Source: a virus
Direction: 5' to 3' (one strand)
Virus record (IMG/VR): IMGVR_UViG_3300045120_000303
Location: 2,416 to 66,415 of that record
DNA: 64,000 bases
A program made the translations under genes and the position numbers. Under the pieces are notes generated by a model. That model had not been told where the DNA came from. It did not search any database and worked only from the letters and a program-made list of their open reading frames with translations. Within the stretch, counting starts at the first letter, position 1, and each line of letters starts with the position of its first letter. Shown one piece after another: positions 1 to 8,700 of the stretch.

Positions 1-1
1 G

Positions 2-181
2 GCCAAGCTGTTGGCGGAGCTGAACCCCCTACGTGTGGTTAACGCGGCGCCCGACATGCTGGCGGCGCTGGTAGAGGCCGAGGGGTTCATCCTGGGCTTT
101 GAGGACGACGAGCAGCAGGGGGAATCTGTCAACCCGATGCTGGCGCGCATCCGCGCAGCAATCACCAAGGCGATAGGATAA
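2..181 (+). CDS. Partial phage protein (5' truncated)
   Basis: Frame reads ...NAAPDMLAAL...LARIRAAITKAIG*, the common phage AAPDLL-AL...RAAIAKA motif. Confidence 0.7.
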   Translation, partial: AKLLAELNPLRVVNAAPDMLAALVEAEGFILGFEDDEQQGESVNPMLARIRAAITKAIG

Positions 182-185
182 GGCG

Positions 186-488
186 ATGGCACTGAGGTTC
201 ACGCCCAACGGTCGCGACGCTAGGCACGTCAGCGCCGAGGACATCAGTCGGGCGCGGGAGGCGGCGGAATACGTGTTCGACGCCCACGCCACGACCTCCA
301 CAGCCGCCTGGACGGCGTACCGCCTGCAGTGGCTGGAACACGACGACGACGACCTGATGACCGGTCTGGCGCTCGTGTGGCTTGAGGCGCGAGGTGCGGC
401 CGATATCGCACTGACGGCGGGCTGGGAGATGGAAGACCGCGCCGAGGCGTTCTGTGAAATGGACTGTGATGAGAGTGAAGGACTGTAA
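186..488 (+). CDS. Hypothetical protein
   Basis: 100 aa ORF tightly packed in + strand early cluster. Confidence 0.7.
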   Translation: MALRFTPNGRDARHVSAEDISRAREAAEYVFDAHATTSTAAWTAYRLQWLEHDDDDLMTGLALVWLEARGAADIALTAGWEMEDRAEAFCEMDCDESEGL

Positions 489-490
489 CG

Positions 491-826
491 ATGAGACTTT
501 ATAGCTGCAGTGGCTGGGCGTTCGACGATAGCGACACGGGCCAGCAGTTCTATCGCACCAAGGCGGAGGCGATGAAGGCGGCTCGCGAGGCGACGGCGCC
601 GAGTGCCACGGTCGAGGGGTCCGACGCCGAGGTTAGGCTGCACATAGCCGGCCCGATCAGCGCCTCTCTGATCGTGGCGATGCTGAATCACACGGGCTGG
701 TGCAGACACTCCGAGACGATTGCCCACGTCAGCAACGGACGCGTGAAGCACGAGGCCGAGGGCGACGACGTCGGGCGTAGCGAGGCGATTTGGCAGGCTC
801 GCATGGCCGGCGACATGGAGGCCTGA
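491..826 (+). CDS. Hypothetical protein
   Basis: 111 aa ORF starting 2 nt after previous stop. Confidence 0.7.
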   Translation: MRLYSCSGWAFDDSDTGQQFYRTKAEAMKAAREATAPSATVEGSDAEVRLHIAGPISASLIVAMLNHTGWCRHSETIAHVSNGRVKHEAEGDDVGRSEAIWQARMAGDMEA

Positions 827-833
827 CCCCCTC

Positions 834-870
834 TACATGCGGTTATCAGGATTACATGCGGCTATCAGGA
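834..870 (+). repeat. Tandem 18-bp direct repeat TACATGCGG(T/C)TATCAGGA x2
   Basis: 834-851 and 853-870; second degenerate pair at 2669-2709. Confidence 0.85.
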
Positions 871-880
871 ACAGAACCTC

Positions 881-909
881 TTGCAACCTGGCGCATAATG
901 CGCCACATG
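881..909 (+). promoter_or_regulatory. Putative promoter with palindromic operator TGGCGCA-TAA-TGCGCCA
   Basis: TTGCAA (881-886) as -35; perfect 7-bp inverted repeat 889-905 just upstream of two HTH genes. Confidence 0.55.
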
Positions 910-935
910 CGCGAGGCAAGATTGGAGAGAGGGCT

Positions 936-1157
936 ATGACCCCAGAACGATTCCGGCAGTCTCTGACTGCGCTTGATCTCAGCCCCGTGGCGTTCGCGTC
1001 GTGGATCAACGCCAACGACCGCATGGTGCGGCGCTGGGCGTCGGGCAAGATGGTGATACCGGACGACATGTCGCAGTGGCTGGAGGGGCTCACGAAGTAC
1101 CTTGAGCAGAACCCGCTGCCGCGGCTGCACAGCGCTCGGTGGGGGCGCACGCCATGA
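936..1157 (+). CDS. Small XRE/Cro-like HTH protein
   Basis: MTPERFRQSLTALDLSPVAFASWINANDRMVRRWASGKMVIP; GGAGAG upstream. Confidence 0.8.
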   Translation: MTPERFRQSLTALDLSPVAFASWINANDRMVRRWASGKMVIPDDMSQWLEGLTKYLEQNPLPRLHSARWGRTP

Positions 1158-1354
1158 TGGAGCCGGCGCGGTTCCGGCAGTGCCTGGAGCAGATCGGATG
1201 GACGCTGCGAGGCGTGGCCGATCACCTGGGCCTGCCGCCCACTCGCATCCGGCGCTGGGCGGACGGAGACTACCCGGTGCCGGCCGAGGTCGGCCGCTGG
1301 CTCGACAGGCTGGCAGCGGCGCACGAGCGGTTCCCACCACCCGAGGTCGACTGA
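1154..1354 (+). CDS. Small XRE/Cro-like HTH protein, paralogue of 936-1157
   Basis: MEPARFRQCLEQIGWTLRGVADHLGLPPTRIRRWADGDYPVP; ATGA overlap. Confidence 0.8.
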   Translation: MMEPARFRQCLEQIGWTLRGVADHLGLPPTRIRRWADGDYPVPAEVGRWLDRLAAAHERFPPPEVD

Positions 1355-1368
1355 AACAGTAGACAGCG

Positions 1369-1385
1369 CGTCACACTCTGTGACA
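1369..1385. promoter_or_regulatory. Operator-like palindrome CGTCAC-N5-GTGAC
   Basis: CGTCACACTCTGTGACA just after TAGACA (1360-1365); same motif at 13317 and 13453. Confidence 0.65.
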
Positions 1386-1467
1386 TGTCTGACGGCGCGG
1401 CGGCGCTGTTGTCGCCGTGAAAACCCGGTGGGGTCTTGGGCTCCACCAACCTCTTGGAGGTTACAAC

Positions 1468-2571
1468 ATGAGCCTTACTGCAACGATCCGTTTGGATCGA
1501 GCTGCCTGCATTCTGGCCGGCAGAAGCGACTTTGGCGATTTTGGCGTGCCACTTTACGACGCTGACTTGGCCACATTCTCCGAGCTAGAGCGGAAGCTCA
1601 TCGCGGAGCGCACCGACGATAATGGCAAGGTCGACCTGACAAAGCTGTCATTGCGCCGGCCGGATAGCTCGTGGACGTCGACCGACGTGCCATACCCATC
1701 CCTGACGGTTGTCGACACCGAAGGCGTGCGGGCCGTCGTGGCGGCTCTCGTGACTGCCACCGAGGCCCGCGCTCTGAAGGACGCAGCGGAGAAGGCCGCG
1801 CGCGTGACGGAGTGGGAGGAGAAGGAGCGGGAATGGCTCGCCAAGCCTGACGATGAACTGCTGGTCGCCGGTTCGGCTTACGGCCGGGGGCTGCGTTACT
1901 CGGGCCACTTCAGCGTCACCACCCCCGAATACGGCATCCTGCAGAGGGGGCAGGAATTTCGCCCTGACCACGGGTACTATCGCGGGATGGTCCCTTCAAA
2001 GGAGGTGCTGCAGCGGCTCGCGGACCTGCAGCGGCTCGCGGACCAGCGCAACGCCGAGAGCGAAGCGACCGACAAGGCCAATCGGGAGGATCAGGCGGCG
2101 CGGGAGCGTGCCAACGAGGCAGCGCAGGAGGCGGCGCTGGAGGGGGCGCTGCAGGCTGGTGGCACTGAGGGACAGCGCAAGCGGCATGCCCGCGGTCTGC
2201 TGCCCAAGGAGGAGCTACTGACGCTCTACCGGGATCAGGTCTTCGCGCCGCTGGAATCGTTCGCCAGGTACCAGCGGATCACCAAGGCCGAAATCCGCGC
2301 AGCCGATGCCGACCACAGCGACCGGTACGTGGACGACGACGAGTACGAGTTCGGCACGAGCGATTCTGAAGAGGCAACGGACGAGGAACTGGCCACGCTG
2401 GAGGCTATCGAGCAGGTCGCGAAAGCCCGCCTGCCCGAGGGCACCACATGCGAGCTGAAGCTCCACTCTGGCGGCTTTGAGCGGTCGAAGGAGTGGGCGG
2501 TTCAGCGCAACTCGGTAATGGTCACCGTCCTGGCGCCGGTGAAGGTATCGCGCGAATACGCCTGCCCGTGA
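1468..2571 (+). CDS. Hypothetical protein (coiled-coil rich)
   Basis: GGAGG at 1456-1460 before ATG; long ORF with phage-like codon use. Confidence 0.8.
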   Translation: MSLTATIRLDRAACILAGRSDFGDFGVPLYDADLATFSELERKLIAERTDDNGKVDLTKLSLRRPDSSWTSTDVPYPSLTVVDTEGVRAVVAALVTATEARALKDAAEKAARVTEWEEKEREWLAKPDDELLVAGSAYGRGLRYSGHFSVTTPEYGILQRGQEFRPDHGYYRGMVPSKEVLQRLADLQRLADQRNAESEATDKANREDQAARERANEAAQEAALEGALQAGGTEGQRKRHARGLLPKEELLTLYRDQVFAPLESFARYQRITKAEIRAADADHSDRYVDDDEYEFGTSDSEEATDEELATLEAIEQVAKARLPEGTTCELKLHSGGFERSKEWAVQRNSVMVTVLAPVKVSREYACP

Positions 2572-2575
2572 GAAA

Positions 2576-2668
2576 CCGCGGATCGGTGTGAGCCTACACC
2601 GGTCTGCGGGCTGCACCCGTGTACCAGCGGGGGTGCAGCACAGGGGGGCGGTCTGTAAGATCGCCCCC
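2576..2668 (+). other. Three tandem GC-rich stem-loops
   Basis: Stems 2576-2589/2596-2609, 2610-2618/2631-2639, 2644-2650/2662-2668. Confidence 0.65.
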
Positions 2669-2709
2669 TACGTGCGGTTATGAGGAACCATCACATGCGG
2701 CTATCACGA
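2669..2709 (+). repeat. Second pair of the 18-bp repeat
   Basis: TACGTGCGGTTATGAGGA (2669-2686) and CACATGCGGCTATCACGA (2692-2709). Confidence 0.75.
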
Positions 2710-3335
2710 TGAGCGACTGGGCGCTGGCCGGCGACCGCATGACGTACACCGAGACGCCAGAGGGCAACCTGACAATCACGTTCGACAACAAGGGCACGGG
2801 CCGCGTCTGCGGCTCGTGCCAGTTGTGCTGCAAGCTTCTGCCGATCCCAGTGCTAAACAAAGCCGCGAACCAGCGGTGCCAGCACCAGCGCCACGGCAAG
2901 GGCTGCGGGATCTACGCCGAGCGCCCCTTCGCCTGCCGCACTTGGTCGTGCCGGTGGGTGTCAGACCGCACCGCGACCGAGGGCATGCCGAGGCCTGACA
3001 GGTGTCACTACGTCATCGATATCATCCCCGACCACGTCGATCTGGAGGACAAAGAAACGGGCTACAAACGCCGTGTCGATGTGATAACCGTGTGGGTGGA
3101 TCCGGCCTTCCGCGACGCATACAAAGCACCCGAGCTACGTGCGTTTATGCTGAAGATGGCGCAGCAATATCGCCTCGCAACGATCGTGCGCTGGTCAAGC
3201 AGCGATGCCGTAACGATATTCCCGCCACCGCTCGACATGGATGGCCAATGGCACGAAATGCGCGGCAACATGGTGCAGCGCGACCACGAGGACATGCTGG
3301 AGATGGCCAGCCGAACGACGGTGATAACGCAATGA
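2709..3335 (+). CDS. YkgJ-like CxxCxxCC cysteine-cluster (Fe-S/Zn) protein
   Basis: CGSCQLCC...C.H...C.IY..RP..CR.W.C motif. Confidence 0.8.
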   Translation: MSDWALAGDRMTYTETPEGNLTITFDNKGTGRVCGSCQLCCKLLPIPVLNKAANQRCQHQRHGKGCGIYAERPFACRTWSCRWVSDRTATEGMPRPDRCHYVIDIIPDHVDLEDKETGYKRRVDVITVWVDPAFRDAYKAPELRAFMLKMAQQYRLATIVRWSSSDAVTIFPPPLDMDGQWHEMRGNMVQRDHEDMLEMASRTTVITQ

Positions 3336-3517
3336 AACATAAGTTGATGCCCTGCGACGATTGCACGGTGGAGACAGGAATTCCAGTCATGGACGAGCCG
3401 GTGTGCCCGCGCTGCGGCAAGCCCAAGAAACCCGACACCGTAGGCCACAAGCACACTGGACATCTCTGCTACGTTTGCGGCCATTCGACTGATCGCGGAG
3501 ACGTGGCTCCTGGGTGA
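3332..3517 (+). CDS. Small Zn-ribbon protein
   Basis: Three CxxC pairs; ATGA overlap. Confidence 0.6.
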   Translation: MKHKLMPCDDCTVETGIPVMDEPVCPRCGKPKKPDTVGHKHTGHLCYVCGHSTDRGDVAPG

Positions 3518-3526
3518 GCTAGCGCA

Positions 3527-3709
3527 ATGATCCTTCGCCGCGCCGCCGACCTGACGACGGATGACAACCTGCGTCTGGAGGGTGGCATGCTGTGGAACAT
3601 CGCGGACCTCTCATGGAACGAGGGACGCGTCACGCTGCAACTGACCCGAATGGTGGGGGACAAGATGACGCTCATCCTGTGGCCGGATGACATGGTCCTG
3701 CTCGCCTAG
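3527..3709 (+). CDS. Hypothetical protein
   Basis: 60 aa, last gene of + arm, converges on - arm. Confidence 0.6.
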   Translation: MILRRAADLTTDDNLRLEGGMLWNIADLSWNEGRVTLQLTRMVGDKMTLILWPDDMVLLA

Positions 3710-4002
3710 CCCACCTCGACTCCGCCAACCTTTGCGATGATCCGGCGCGCGGCCTCGGCCCCCGTGCCGTAGGAGATCACGCACACCGGCATCCCGGTTT
3801 CATCGACGCCCTCGACGTCAAACCAGGGCGCAAATGGGTCTGCAGCGCCCTTCACGTACATCTCCATCGGGGCGTTGCGGACGAGGCGGTAGGCCACCGG
3901 CGGCGGGATGGCACGCGATGGCACGCGTGGCGGTGGTGCGGGTGGTGCGGGTGGTGCGGGTGGTGCGGGTGCAAACAGCGAAAGCTGCGGCGCCTTAGCC
4001 AC
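3706..4002 (-). CDS. Hypothetical protein with (PAP)n linker
   Basis: GTG start overlapping upstream stop; QLSLF motif then GGTGGTGCG tandem repeat. Confidence 0.6.
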   Translation of the reverse strand: MAKAPQLSLFAPAPPAPPAPPAPPPRVPSRAIPPPVAYRLVRNAPMEMYVKGAADPFAPWFDVEGVDETGMPVCVISYGTGAEAARRIIAKVGGVEVG

Positions 4003-4717
4003 GCCCAAGCCTCGACAGCCTCGACATGCGCCTATCCGGAGGTTCTCCCTTGGCCCACAGCTCCTGCCATTTCGCCAGGTAGGCGTCCTGCAGCGCTTGC
4101 ATCGAGGGGAACCAATCGCCACCCGGCTTGAGGATCGAGCCATCGGGCCCGACGTGTCCCCACCAGGCATTCGACGCCGGCGCCTCCAGCAACAGCGCCG
4201 TGGATGTCTCCGGGGATCCGGCGATCCTCCACGCCGTGACATACATTTGCTTTAGCCAACAATTCTCGTGCGAGGGCGGCTGCGTCGCGTCGCGCGGTTC
4301 GACCGAAACCACCATGTGTTGTGCGGCCGCGGGGACATAGTGTGCCGGTTCGTTAACGATTATCGATGAGGCAGACGCAACCCCGATCGAGCAATTGATC
4401 GGGTCTGATAGTTGCACGAGGAACTCTTCGTCTTCCTCGAAAACAGTGTCGCCGGCCACCGCCACTTCGATCGCCGCAGTGGTTTGGTCGATATCGAATG
4501 TAACGATACCGCTAGGCAGCGCACCGCCGACATAGTCCGCCGGTTCGGTGTCGCCTGCCAGCACCGTCCACGACGCGCTCGATACCATGCTCTGATCGAT
4601 CGAGCGCGTCACGGTGAAAGTGAACAACGTCTCGCCGGCGTCGCCTTCGACATGGCCGCTTTGGTCCGCCGCGATGTCGAGCCTGGGCATTGGCGCCCGC
4701 GGTGTTGTGCCGCTCAT
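3995..4717 (-). CDS. Calx-beta domain protein
   Basis: EGDAGETLFTFTVTRS...ADY....G.VTF...T...I.V.V.GDTVFE.DEEF.V.LSDP...A...IVN is a typical Calx-beta pattern. Confidence 0.85.
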   Translation of the reverse strand: MSGTTPRAPMPRLDIAADQSGHVEGDAGETLFTFTVTRSIDQSMVSSASWTVLAGDTEPADYVGGALPSGIVTFDIDQTTAAIEVAVAGDTVFEEDEEFLVQLSDPINCSIGVASASSIIVNEPAHYVPAAAQHMVVSVEPRDATQPPSHENCWLKQMYVTAWRIAGSPETSTALLLEAPASNAWWGHVGPDGSILKPGGDWFPSMQALQDAYLAKWQELWAKGEPPDRRMSRLSRLGRG

Positions 4718-5556
4718 GCAGCTAGCTCCCTTTCATCAGCGTGATGGATCAAAGCAGGGCGAGCCCACCGTCGCTGAAATGCACGCCACTCCGGACCTGG
4801 CGCATACCGCATCTCCGCCGGCCGTTCTGGTCGCCACAGCATTGCCATCGGCGTGAAGCCGATTGAAACCATCTGATCGAGCCGCTGCTCCGCGGCAGTG
4901 AAGGTGTCTTTCGGATGTCCGATCAGCACATAGACGCGAAGCCGATGGGATTGCCGCGTGAACCCTGCAGCGAGCATTCGCCTTGCTGCGCTCTGCAATG
5001 TTTCGAATGCATCGCCTGGGTCATAAGCCCAGAACATATTCGGGCGCGGTTTGAGATCGGCCAGCAATCCGACCTGATAATCCTCCAGCGCCAACGCCTC
5101 CAGCCCACCGGTGAACTCAACGCGCCGCTTCTGCCCGCGCAGCATGGCGAACACCGCCTCGACATGCGGCCTCGGGCACGCCAGCAGGTTGTCATCGAGG
5201 ACGTTCCATCCGGGGAATATCGGCAGCAGGTTCGGCGTCGGCCACTTGCGCCACACGCTGCAGAACCAGCACCGGCGTGGACAGCCGCGCGACGTGATCG
5301 TGTAGCCAGGTTTGACATACCGACCAGGGATAAATTCTAAACTGTCGTCCCCGTAGGCAACCCCGCCGATCTGCACCGGCGCCACCCAGCGCCACTCCTC
5401 GGCAAGCCTCTCTGCGACAGGCTTATCCCACGTAAAGCTGACGGAGATATGCACCTCGTCCGCCTCCGCGAACATCGAGGGGGATCCGACGAACGCAAGC
5501 TCATCGTCTGGCGTCGCTCGGGTGCGTCGAGGGAACACGCGGATGATGCGCGTCAT
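4714..5556 (-). CDS. Radical SAM protein with degenerate B12-binding-like N-terminus
   Basis: TSRGCPRRCWFC (CxxxCxxC), LDDN, IGG motifs. Confidence 0.85.
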   Translation of the reverse strand: MTRIIRVFPRRTRATPDDELAFVGSPSMFAEADEVHISVSFTWDKPVAERLAEEWRWVAPVQIGGVAYGDDSLEFIPGRYVKPGYTITSRGCPRRCWFCSVWRKWPTPNLLPIFPGWNVLDDNLLACPRPHVEAVFAMLRGQKRRVEFTGGLEALALEDYQVGLLADLKPRPNMFWAYDPGDAFETLQSAARRMLAAGFTRQSHRLRVYVLIGHPKDTFTAAEQRLDQMVSIGFTPMAMLWRPERPAEMRYAPGPEWRAFQRRWARPALIHHADERELAA

Positions 5557-5723
5557 GTGTCGTCCGCCGCGACCGGCTCCACCTCGCACAGCGCGCCAGG
5601 AAAGCCCTGCTCCGTCTCGCTTTCCATCTGGTCAGCGCCGTCCTGCGTGATCCAGTAGGATGTCTCGATCGAGCCATCCGGCATGCGGCAACGACAACGC
5701 CATCTTGCCTCAGGCAGCGTCAT
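5553..5723 (-). CDS. Hypothetical protein (56 aa, not in ORF track)
   Basis: MTLPEARWRCRCRMPDGSIETSYW...; ATGA overlaps at both ends. Confidence 0.65.
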   Translation of the reverse strand: MTLPEARWRCRCRMPDGSIETSYWITQDGADQMESETEQGFPGALCEVEPVAADDT

Positions 5724-6172
5724 CTGCAGGGCACCTTGACCGATCGCGGATCATCGCGACGCCCTGCTGTGGTGACGACACCGGTCCAAGTGCAGGCGGT
5801 GCAGTTGATGACATACTTGCCGATGCGCTTGGCCGGATATGGCAGGTCGAGACTGCAGGTCCGCGCCGCGCCGCGCGAGAAGTCGAGGTCGATGCCGTTC
5901 GGGAATTGTGGGTTCGGCGGCTGCGTCGGCTCGCGCCCCTCGTCGATCCATTCGGCATGCAGCGAGAGCGTTTTCTTGCCCCTTACCGGCTCAAGCTCGA
6001 CGCGTGCGATGGTGCCGGTGCGCGTCCGCCCGCCCTTCCCGTCAGGGGACATGATCGCTGCACCAGGCGCCTGCGTGGCGACCGCGCGAGCCTCGGCCTC
6101 GGGCCCCTCGAACAGGTTGAAGATCGACATGTCGTCGGTGTAGGCAATCACTCGCCAGTCATCCTCGCTCAT
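5720..6172 (-). CDS. Hypothetical protein with C-terminal Cys motif
   Basis: In-operon ORF; C...CTAC...C. Confidence 0.65.
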   Translation of the reverse strand: MSEDDWRVIAYTDDMSIFNLFEGPEAEARAVATQAPGAAIMSPDGKGGRTRTGTIARVELEPVRGKKTLSLHAEWIDEGREPTQPPNPQFPNGIDLDFSRGAARTCSLDLPYPAKRIGKYVINCTACTWTGVVTTAGRRDDPRSVKVPCR

Positions 6173-7040
6173 CTGCAGGGCACTCCTCAAAATGGTCCGC
6201 CAGCCTCGCCATGCCGGCGCGGATCCGATCGCCGGCGACGGCGATCCTCATGCGACGCCAGGTCGCGTAGCCGCCCACAGAGCCGCCCAGAGCCACCCAG
6301 AGGACTGCCTCCCAGTGCAGCCTCCCGAGAGCCGCGGCGGCTTCCCGCGCCCGCCGGCAGGCCTCCAGGGACGCCGCGGAGATCGGCTTCCGGAGGAACG
6401 CCGCGGTCTGCACCGACAGCCCACCGGTCTGCCCCAGCGGCGGCGTGAGAGCCTCCAGGCTCGCGCGGAGCAGCTCCGCCGCTTCGAACTCCCTCGACGA
6501 GATCGAGCGGACGCGGAGCAGGGCGAGCAGCGGGTCCGCGCGCACCGCCCGCCGGATGACGCGCGACGGCTGGTCGGGATCCCGCACGGTCGCCACCGAC
6601 ACGTCGGCCTCCCGGATCACCTGGCCGGCCGGGTTGATGACGGCCTCCAGGCGGATCGTCGGGCCGACGTCGACCTGGCCGTAGTGGTGCTGGGGCGGTT
6701 TCCGGCGGCGCTCGGTGCGGCGGGAGGCGGCGATCGCGAGGGCCATCCCAGAAGGCGACCCCCTCGTGGCGGGGCCTGGAGGGGGTCTACGCGGCTTCCG
6801 GGGTGCGGTCGGGTCTTTCGGCCACGGTCGGACCTCGACGCCGTGAGGCGCCTCCCCGGGCTGGAGGCGACGGCAAATGAGACGAAGGCGGGGGGACTGC
6901 AGCTCGCCGGCACGGCGGACCTGGGTCACCTCGACCACGCGGTAGAGCGCCCTGCCACCCGGCGAGCCGAGGATCATGCCGACCTCGATGCCCTCGGCCG
7001 ACCGGCGGGAGCGGAGCGTGAGGATGCGTTCGCCGGTCAT
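6159..7040 (-). CDS. DUF6456-like putative late transcription regulator
   Basis: C-terminal PLLAL...ISSREFEAAE...V.W.AL...IRAGMARLADHF; sits at end of replication arm like antiterminator Q. Confidence 0.6.
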   Translation of the reverse strand: MTGERILTLRSRRSAEGIEVGMILGSPGGRALYRVVEVTQVRRAGELQSPRLRLICRRLQPGEAPHGVEVRPWPKDPTAPRKPRRPPPGPATRGSPSGMALAIAASRRTERRRKPPQHHYGQVDVGPTIRLEAVINPAGQVIREADVSVATVRDPDQPSRVIRRAVRADPLLALLRVRSISSREFEAAELLRASLEALTPPLGQTGGLSVQTAAFLRKPISAASLEACRRAREAAAALGRLHWEAVLWVALGGSVGGYATWRRMRIAVAGDRIRAGMARLADHFEECPADERG

Positions 7041-7207
7041 TTTTCGCGGATGGCTCCATCGTTCTCAGCCACCCGGATCCAGTCCTCGACCTCGTCCTGC
7101 ACGTTCTGCGCGAGCTGCATGATCATCTCCGGGGTGACCCCGGTGAAATCCGCGAGGAAGTATTCCGCCAACTCGAATGATTTCGGATCCACCATCATCA
7201 GCCCCAT
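7037..7207 (-). CDS. Hypothetical protein
   Basis: Coupled by TGATG/ATGA overlaps. Confidence 0.6.
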   Translation of the reverse strand: MGLMMVDPKSFELAEYFLADFTGVTPEMIMQLAQNVQDEVEDWIRVAENDGAIREK

Positions 7208-7428
7208 CAGTTGCGCCTCAGCCTCACGAGCAGAGCGTCGTGAAACTGCATCACCTCGACGCGCAGCTTCCCAACCGAGACAGTCTCCTGCAGCGCCAGG
7301 GCGCTCCCAGCGCCGGCGAAAAATATCTGCCGCAGCCCAGGCGCCGACTCCTTGTCGACGCCGTGCTTCTCCAGCACCTCGCTGAAGTAGCTCGACCACT
7401 CCTCCTCCAGCGTCGAGTGAACCTTCAT
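7207..7428 (-). CDS. Hypothetical protein (R-x-x-F-F-AGA family)
   Basis: LRQIFFAGA motif, also in 63557-63868. Confidence 0.6.
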   Translation of the reverse strand: MKVHSTLEEEWSSYFSEVLEKHGVDKESAPGLRQIFFAGAGSALALQETVSVGKLRVEVMQFHDALLVRLRRN

Positions 7429-7607
7429 GGCCGGATCGTTTCGGTGCCTACGCGCACGCACTCCACCAGCACGAGCGGCGGGTCGTGCAGCGCCAGCACC
7501 TCCGCTCGCGCATCACGCTGACGGACGAAGTCCATCACGCGGTGGTAGGTGAATTCCTCCTCGTCCCAGAGCAGCAACGTCGAGAATGTCGATGGTGCGC
7601 CGTTCAT
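7425..7607 (-). CDS. Hypothetical protein
   Basis: ATGA overlaps both sides. Confidence 0.55.
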   Translation of the reverse strand: MNGAPSTFSTLLLWDEEEFTYHRVMDFVRQRDARAEVLALHDPPLVLVECVRVGTETIRP

Positions 7608-8017
7608 CTCTCGTCTCCTGCAAGCGACGCCAGCGGCGGCAGCGTCGATGCGCCTCGGTGAAACCGCTGGGCCGGCTCTGGCTGTTCGCGCGGCACAATC
7701 GGAGAAGGCCGGTCGGGAAGGCCGCAGTGCCTGCGCTGCCGACTGATCGTCTCCTCCGAGCAGTTGAGCCGACGCCCCATCGCTTTGAACGACAACCCTT
7801 CCGCATCGAGTTGACGAAGCAATGCCTGTCTCTCCTCTGGCCACTGCGAGCCTCGTCGTCCGACCATAGCTAACCTCCCCAACGCGCACTCGCGCTCAAG
7901 ACGGTGCAGGTATTCCAACAGCTCACGCATCCAGGCGCGGCCGATCATGACCACGGCAGGCGTCTCGCTCGCCGCGATAACTCCCTCGAAATCAGCGAGC
8001 CCCTCGGGTGGTTTCAT
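7604..8017 (-). CDS. GcrA-like HTH protein
   Basis: WPEERQALLRQLDAEGLSFKAMGRRLNCSEETI...HCGLPDRPSPI resembles the GcrA N-terminus. Confidence 0.65.
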   Translation of the reverse strand: MKPPEGLADFEGVIAASETPAVVMIGRAWMRELLEYLHRLERECALGRLAMVGRRGSQWPEERQALLRQLDAEGLSFKAMGRRLNCSEETISRQRRHCGLPDRPSPIVPREQPEPAQRFHRGASTLPPLASLAGDER

Positions 8018-8700
8018 GCTGCCTTCGCTGCCTTCCGGCCGCGCCACTCGGTGAAGTCTGCCTTGAGCTGATCCAGTTGCGACGTGAGCTGCTCGATGCG
8101 CCGGGTCAGCGCGACAACTTCCGGGTCGGTGCGGATCGGGCCGTATGCGGCCTCGCGGATTTTAGCGACGATCGCCCACGGGATGTTCTCCGACTGCCCG
8201 ATCACCTGGTCGCTCATGCCGTCGAGGTAAGTGCCCGTGCTGTCATCGAAGTGCTTGTCCAGCATCGTTCTAATTTTGATTCGCTCTTCGATCGTGGGCT
8301 CACGCGGATGCTGGTGCGATGCCATTGTCCCCCCTTTCTCGATTTCGATGACGGTCAACTGCGGTGGTGGTGCGCGTTGCGGCACGACCAGCACAGGCCC
8401 GAGCGCGAGCGAGTCCTGTTCGGTTTTTTCAGGCGCCATGTCTTTGCGGCCCTTCCAATCGTTGAGACAGCGCGGGCAGTAACACTTGTTGCGGTTGCGC
8501 GCGTCTGCAGCCCACCCGATGCGACGGCATCGAGCGACAAACCACTCGGCCGATTTGCCGGTGCCGCTGTTGGCAATGTCGAGGCAGTCCTGGCACTCGC
8601 TGCAAGTGAACCGCGCGACGCTGCGCTTACCGGCATCGCTGTGAATGAGCTTGAACGCGAAGCCGCGCTGCTCATTGTTGCGGCCGACTTTCTGAACCAT
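8014..8700 (-). CDS. Hypothetical Zn-finger/DNA-binding protein
   Basis: CSEC...CPRC N-terminus; C-terminal Y..GMSD..I....W..V..IRE..YGP. Confidence 0.7.
   Translation of the reverse strand: MVQKVGRNNEQRGFAFKLIHSDAGKRSVARFTCSECQDCLDIANSGTGKSAEWFVARCRRIGWAADARNRNKCYCPRCLNDWKGRKDMAPEKTEQDSLALGPVLVVPQRAPPPQLTVIEIEKGGTMASHQHPREPTIEERIKIRTMLDKHFDDSTGTYLDGMSDQVIGQSENIPWAIVAKIREAAYGPIRTDPEVVALTRRIEQLTSQLDQLKADFTEWRGRKAAKAA

Noticed and set aside
834-870. Mini-CRISPR array
   Set aside because: Repeats are adjacent (1-5 nt apart) with no spacers; no cas genes
3928-3971. GGTGGTGCG tandem repeat as regulatory or Chi-like array
   Set aside because: Explained by a coding (PAP)n linker on the - strand
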